This document shows positions 59,308 through 64,000 of a DNA stretch of 64,000 nucleotides, one piece after another. Source of the DNA: an uncultured Gammaproteobacteria bacterium. Lineage in GTDB: Bacteria > Patescibacteriota > Microgenomatia > UBA8517. Each line of letters begins with the position of its first letter. Within the stretch, counting starts at the first letter, position 1. Location: positions 76,095 through 140,094 of the forward strand of contig CAZTVZ010000002.1 of NCBI GenBank assembly GCA_964617045.1, in the 5' to 3' direction. The notes under the pieces were generated by a model. That model had not been told where the DNA came from and searched no databases. It worked only from the letters and a program-made list of their open reading frames with translations. The position numbers and the translations under genes are program-made.

Positions 59308-60209
59308 GTAGACCTGAACTTTCGATAGTAATTCTTAATTACAATACACGCGATCTTACTCTGGACTGTTTGGCTTCCTTGAGAAAAGTAAAAAACGAAT
59401 CGGATTTTGAAATTATCCTTTGTGACAACGGTTCTTCGGATGGTTCGGTAGAAGCAATTAAAGAAAAATACCCGGAAGTAATTATTATTGAGAATAATGC
59501 CAACTTGGGATTTGCCAAAGGAAACAATGCCGCAAAAAACATTGCCAAGGGTGAATATATTCTTTTCCTAAATACCGACACTATTGTATATAAAGATACA
59601 ATCAGAAAGACCCTGGATTATCTTAAAGAACATAAAGATGTTGGAGCAGTAACATGCAAATTGGTTCTCAATGACGGTTCTTTGGACAAAGATGCGAGAA
59701 GATCTTTCCCTACGCCATGGGTATCTTTTACACACTTGGCACTTCCGCTGGATCGACTATTTCCCAAATCAAAACTTTTTGCCAGGTACTGGTATGGATA
59801 TATTTCTCCCGACACAACTCACGATGCGGACGTATTGCAAGGAGCTTATTTCCTTGCACCAAAGAAACTGCTTGATGAGGTAGGATGGTTTGACGAGGAT
59901 TATTTCCTGGACGGAGAAGATATCGATTTATGTTGGAAAATAAAGGAAAAAGGATATCGTTTGGTATATTATCCGGAAGTATCCATTCTTCACCTTAAGG
60001 GTGCGACCAAAGGAAAAACAAAAAAGGTTCAACGCAGCAAAATCTCTTTAAAAGACAAAATGAAATTTAGAATGTCGGGGGTAAACTCGATGGAGATATT
60101 TTATCGAAAAAGAATGTGGAAGCATTATCCAATGACCGTTAACATACTGGTAATTATCGGAATTAAAACTATTAAGCTTTTAAGAATTATTAAACTTATC
60201 CTCCAATGA
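59304..60209 (+). CDS. GT2 glycosyltransferase (WbbL-like)
   Basis: SIVILNYN, DNGSSD, NLGFAKGNN, FLNTD, GEDIDLC, HLKG motifs. Confidence 0.9.
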   Translation: MSRPELSIVILNYNTRDLTLDCLASLRKVKNESDFEIILCDNGSSDGSVEAIKEKYPEVIIIENNANLGFAKGNNAAKNIAKGEYILFLNTDTIVYKDTIRKTLDYLKEHKDVGAVTCKLVLNDGSLDKDARRSFPTPWVSFTHLALPLDRLFPKSKLFARYWYGYISPDTTHDADVLQGAYFLAPKKLLDEVGWFDEDYFLDGEDIDLCWKIKEKGYRLVYYPEVSILHLKGATKGKTKKVQRSKISLKDKMKFRMSGVNSMEIFYRKRMWKHYPMTVNILVIIGIKTIKLLRIIKLILQ

Positions 60210-61348
60210 AAATTGTAATTGATGCTAGGTTGTACGGACTCGAAAATGCAGGTCTTGGTCGTTATGTAATGAATTTAATTAGAAATCTCCAAAATTTCGA
60301 CAAAGATAATGAATATGTACTAATTCTTCGAAAGAAATACTACGAATCCCTAAAACTACCCAAAAAATGGTCGAAAGTGCTATTTGATCACAGACACTAT
60401 AGCTTCAATGAACAACTATTGCTTCCTAAATTATTAAAAAGTATAAACCCCGATTTGGTTCATTTTCCCCATTTCAACGTTCCTGTTTTCTATTCCGGTC
60501 CTTTTGTTGTAACTATTCACGATATATTGATGCACAGACAAAGCGGGCTACAGGCCACAACTCTCCCTGCGCCAATATATTTTCTTAAAAGATTCGGATA
60601 TCACAGAGTGTTTGAATATGCCGTTAATGCATCAAAAGCAATTGTTGTTCCAAGCAAATTTGTAAAATCAGAGATAGAAAAGTTCTACAAACTAGATGAA
60701 GATAAAATCAAAGTAACCTACGAAGGATTCGATGAAAAAATCGAAAATACGATTTCACCGGATAAAGTACTTAAAAAATACAACATCAGGAAACCATACT
60801 TTATTTATGCAGGAAATGCATATCCTCACAAAAATATTGCAAGATTAATTGAAGCAGTAGTTGAATTGAATAAAACAAAAAAAGACAAAGTAGTTCTGGC
60901 CCTTGTTTCCGCCAGAAGTGTATTTTTGGAAAAACTTGAACAATTAATAAAAAAGCATCAGGCAATTCCTTATATCAAACCTTTGGGTTTTGTTCCTGAC
61001 GAAGATCTTGGAGTGCTGTTGTCCAATTCTTCTGGTTTTACTTTTCCTTCATTGTCGGAAGGCTTCGGCCTTCCCGGACTTGAAGCTTTATCTTCAAAAA
61101 CACTACTCTTAGCATCAGATATTCCGGTATTTAAAGAGATATATAAAGATTCGGCTACGTATTTTGATCCCTTGGATGTAAATTCAATAAAAGAAAAGTT
61201 GAACAGCGTGCTTAATTTGAAAGAAGAAGAAAGAAATAAGCTTGTGGAAAAAGGAATTCAATTTGCAAAAAGATACTCATGGGATAAAATGGCCAGAGAA
61301 ACTTTAAATGTCTATAAAAGTTGCCTTGGTTTACGACCGGGTAAATAA
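60206..61348 (+). CDS. GT4 glycosyltransferase (MtfB-like)
   Basis: IDAR, GLGRY, TIHD, PHKN, PSLSEGFGLPGLEA, YSWDKMA motifs. Confidence 0.9.
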   Translation: MKIVIDARLYGLENAGLGRYVMNLIRNLQNFDKDNEYVLILRKKYYESLKLPKKWSKVLFDHRHYSFNEQLLLPKLLKSINPDLVHFPHFNVPVFYSGPFVVTIHDILMHRQSGLQATTLPAPIYFLKRFGYHRVFEYAVNASKAIVVPSKFVKSEIEKFYKLDEDKIKVTYEGFDEKIENTISPDKVLKKYNIRKPYFIYAGNAYPHKNIARLIEAVVELNKTKKDKVVLALVSARSVFLEKLEQLIKKHQAIPYIKPLGFVPDEDLGVLLSNSSGFTFPSLSEGFGLPGLEALSSKTLLLASDIPVFKEIYKDSATYFDPLDVNSIKEKLNSVLNLKEEERNKLVEKGIQFAKRYSWDKMARETLNVYKSCLGLRPGK

Positions 61349-62396
61349 ATGGGGTGGTGCCGAAAGAGTTCTTCTTGCCCTTCACGAAATTTTTCCTAAA
61401 GCACCTCTTTTTACTACGGTATATTCAAAACAGAAAGCTCGATGGGCGAATGTGTTTCCAAAAGTGAACACTTCGTTTTTGGGAAAATTTTTATGGCTTC
61501 AAGACAAACACGAATTGCTGGGTACTTTCACACCCTTGGCTTCGGAATCTTTGGACTTATCTGAATACGATTTTGTTATTTCAGTCATATCGGAATCTGC
61601 CAAAGGAATTATTACCGGACCAAAAACAAAACATATATGTTACATGCTTACTCCGACAAGATATCTGTGGAGCGGTTACGAGGAATATTTTAAAAACCCG
61701 ATTCTTAGATTATTATCTTTACCCGTTATCAAATACCTTAAATGGTGGGATTATGCTGCTGCCAGAAGACCCGATGAAATAATATCTATTTCGAATGAGG
61801 TTAAAAAAAGAGTAAAAAAATATTACGGACTTGGTTCAAAAGTAATTTTCCCTCCAGTAAACGTGCAAATATCAGCTAAGGATAAAAAAGAACTGAAGAA
61901 AAAAAGGAATTATTACCTCATGGTTGGAAGATTGGTTCCTTATAAAAGATTCGATTTGGCAATAAAAGCATTTAATAAAATAAAAGAACCCTTGTATATA
62001 GTCGGTACAGGTTACGACCTTCCCAGACTTCTTGGTATTTCCAATCAAAATGTTAAGTTTTTAGGTCGGGTAAGTGAAGCCAAACTAAAAAAACTATACC
62101 TGGGAGCAAAAGCATTCATTTTTCCCCAAGAAGAAGATTTTGGTATTGTTGCAGTGGAAGCACAGTCGTATGGTGTTCCGGTAATTGCATACAAAGCGGG
62201 TGGGGCACTTGATACAGTGGTAGATAAAGAGACGGGAATTTTCTTTTCGAAGCAGGAAGTTGACAGTTTGGTGGATGCTATTGCACAATTTAATAACACT
62301 AAGTTTTCACAGAGAAAACTTTTAGCAAACGCAAAAAAGTTTTCCAAGGAAAGGTTTAAAAGAGAATTTAGAAAAACAATTGATGGAAGATTATAA
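61308..62396 (+). CDS. GT4 glycosyltransferase (WbaZ-like mannosyltransferase)
   Basis: GGAERVL, TPTRYLW, RLVPYKR, EEDFGIVAVEAQSYG, GGALDTV motifs. Confidence 0.9.
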   Translation: MSIKVALVYDRVNKWGGAERVLLALHEIFPKAPLFTTVYSKQKARWANVFPKVNTSFLGKFLWLQDKHELLGTFTPLASESLDLSEYDFVISVISESAKGIITGPKTKHICYMLTPTRYLWSGYEEYFKNPILRLLSLPVIKYLKWWDYAAARRPDEIISISNEVKKRVKKYYGLGSKVIFPPVNVQISAKDKKELKKKRNYYLMVGRLVPYKRFDLAIKAFNKIKEPLYIVGTGYDLPRLLGISNQNVKFLGRVSEAKLKKLYLGAKAFIFPQEEDFGIVAVEAQSYGVPVIAYKAGGALDTVVDKETGIFFSKQEVDSLVDAIAQFNNTKFSQRKLLANAKKFSKERFKREFRKTIDGRL

Positions 62397-63489
62397 GGAT
62401 CACATATACGCATTAATCTTCTGCGGTGGTGGAGGAACCAGGCTATGGCCGTTCTCCAGAGAAAAACGACCCAAACAATTCCTCAAAATTAAAGGATCGA
62501 AAACGCTAATTAAACAAACTTTTGACAGAGTATCTTCGTTTGTGCCGGTAGAAAGAATATTTGTGGTTACAGTCCCGGATTATACGGATGAGGTGGCGGA
62601 AATGATGAATGAAGTACCCAGAAGCCAGGTTCTAGTTGAGCCGGCAAGAAGAAATACTGCAATGGCTGCCGCTTTGGGTGCAGCAGCAATATTTAAAAAA
62701 GACCCTACGGCAATTATTGTAAACATTTGGGCTGACCATTTAATTCCGGATAAGGATGATTACAAGAGGGCAATGTTTGCCGGTGCCAAGGCGGCTTCCG
62801 ATGGACTAAACCTTGTAACGACCGGAATTAAACCAAGATATCCCCATACCGGATTCGGATATATCAAAAAAGGTGAGCTGTATGATTCCGAAGGGGGAGA
62901 GCCGGTTTATAAAATTGATAAATTTGCCGAAAAGCCAGACTTGGAAACCGCAAAGAAATATTTGAAAGCAGGAGATTACCTGTGGCACCAGGGAACTTTC
63001 ATTTGGAGAGTTGATGCTTTTATGGAAGCTTTGAAAAAATACGCCAAACCTACGTATGAAAGAATGGGCGAAATAATTGATCATTTGGGAGAAGTAGGCG
63101 GTAAAGACAAAATAATAAAAGCATATATGGCGGCACCCGATTTATCGATCGACGTGGCCGTAGCGGAGAAGGCCCCGAATTTTTTGGTCACAGAAGCGAA
63201 TTTTGAATGGTGGGATGTGGGGGATTTTAATGTTCTATGGAATGTCGAAGAAAAAGACAAAGACGGGAATGTTGTCCTGACGGATGAAGGGGGAGAATAT
63301 ATCGGTATTGAGACAAAAGACTCAATGATTATTTCCGAAGACAACCGATTGGTTGCCACCTATGGAGTTGACAATATAGTTGTTGTAGCCACAAAAGATG
63401 CGGTACTGGTAATACCAAAAAGTGAAGCACAAAGCGTAAAAAAGATAGTTGAGCAGATAAAAGAGGAAAATAAGAAGAATTTCCTGTAA
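62383..63489 (+). CDS. manC: Mannose-1-phosphate guanylyltransferase
   Basis: GGGGTRLWPFSR..PKQFL, EPARRNTA, ADHLI, TGFGYI, F.EKP, SID.AVAEK, W.DVG motifs and a C-terminal beta-helix. Confidence 0.9.
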   Translation: MEDYKDHIYALIFCGGGGTRLWPFSREKRPKQFLKIKGSKTLIKQTFDRVSSFVPVERIFVVTVPDYTDEVAEMMNEVPRSQVLVEPARRNTAMAAALGAAAIFKKDPTAIIVNIWADHLIPDKDDYKRAMFAGAKAASDGLNLVTTGIKPRYPHTGFGYIKKGELYDSEGGEPVYKIDKFAEKPDLETAKKYLKAGDYLWHQGTFIWRVDAFMEALKKYAKPTYERMGEIIDHLGEVGGKDKIIKAYMAAPDLSIDVAVAEKAPNFLVTEANFEWWDVGDFNVLWNVEEKDKDGNVVLTDEGGEYIGIETKDSMIISEDNRLVATYGVDNIVVVATKDAVLVIPKSEAQSVKKIVEQIKEENKKNFL

Positions 63490-63502
63490 TATAGCCAAGC
63501 TT

Positions 63503-64000
63503 ATGTTATTTAACGTAGTTAAAAGATTAATGGATATAACGGTAGCCTCCGTTGGTATCCTGTTCTTTTCACCGATAATGCTTGTTACGGCAATTGCAAT
63601 CAAACTGACAAGCAAAGGCCCCGTATTTGCAGAAACTCCCAAACGGGTGGGAATGAACGGTAAAACCTTCAATCCATATAAATTCAGATCAATGATCGCA
63701 AATGCACACAAGCTATTAAAGACCGACCCAAGATTCAAGAAACTGTTCGAGGAATACAAAAAATCAAATTACAAATTACACGACGACCCCAGAATTACAC
63801 CGGTTGGAAAATTTATCAGAAAACATTCCATTGATGAGGTTCCCCAATTTCTTAATGTACTTAAAGGGGAAATGAGTGTTGTTGGACCAAGACCGTATTA
63901 TCCTGACGAACTTGAGGATCAGTTAAATAAAAATCCTGACAAGAAAAAACACTTGAAAGACGTTCTTTCCGTAAGGCCGGGAATAACCGGATATTGGCAG
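63503..64000 (+). CDS. Initiating polyprenol-phosphate phosphoglycosyl transferase (Bac_transf, WbaP/PglC-type), 3'-truncated
   Basis: Absent from the ORF track because it has no stop in the window. Translates MLFNVVKRLMDI...GPVF...YKFRSM...DDPRITPVGKFIRKHSIDEVPQFLNVLKGEMSVVGPRP...RPGITGYWQ. Confidence 0.9.
   Translation, partial: MLFNVVKRLMDITVASVGILFFSPIMLVTAIAIKLTSKGPVFAETPKRVGMNGKTFNPYKFRSMIANAHKLLKTDPRFKKLFEEYKKSNYKLHDDPRITPVGKFIRKHSIDEVPQFLNVLKGEMSVVGPRPYYPDELEDQLNKNPDKKKHLKDVLSVRPGITGYWQ

Noticed and set aside
1-64000. CRISPR arrays, tRNA/rRNA, transposases, integrases, alternative genetic code
   Set aside because: No spaced repeats, RNA-like segments or recombinase motifs were seen. 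TGA terminates many genes exactly at ATGA overlaps, consistent with code 11.

Overview
The window is one unidirectional (+ strand), almost gap-free cell-surface glycan biosynthesis locus of about 56 genes, truncated at both ends. It contains 15 GT-A/GT2 and 9 GT4 soluble glycosyltransferases. About 17 genes (18 domains) encode polytopic GT-C-type membrane glycosyltransferases (ArnT/PMT-like, YfhO/PTPS-related, PIG-V-like, GT87/PIG-M-like, DUF2298/STT3-like). It also has two Wzx flippases, an O-antigen ligase/Wzy-like protein, two probable polyprenol-phosphate sugar synthases (one with a DUF2304 partner), five SAM methyltransferase genes, an O-acetyltransferase, a PRK07233-type flavoprotein, ManC and a 3'-truncated initiating phosphoglycosyl transferase. 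TGA is a stop (code 11). The AT-rich, tightly overlapping, Shine-Dalgarno-poor organisation and GT-C expansion suggest a CPR/Patescibacteria (Microgenomates-like) genome, which is an inference. Most notable observations: the very large extracytoplasmic GT-C repertoire; a G9 tract exactly at the junction of a fused double methyltransferase (candidate phase-variation switch); a tandem GT-C fusion; -10 boxes 5-8 nt before start codons in 7 of 9 intergenic gaps (leaderless internal promoters); and a low-GC exchanged cassette at about 31-40.5 kb. No RNA genes, mobile elements or CRISPR arrays were seen. Family assignments come from motif recognition only; no searches were run.
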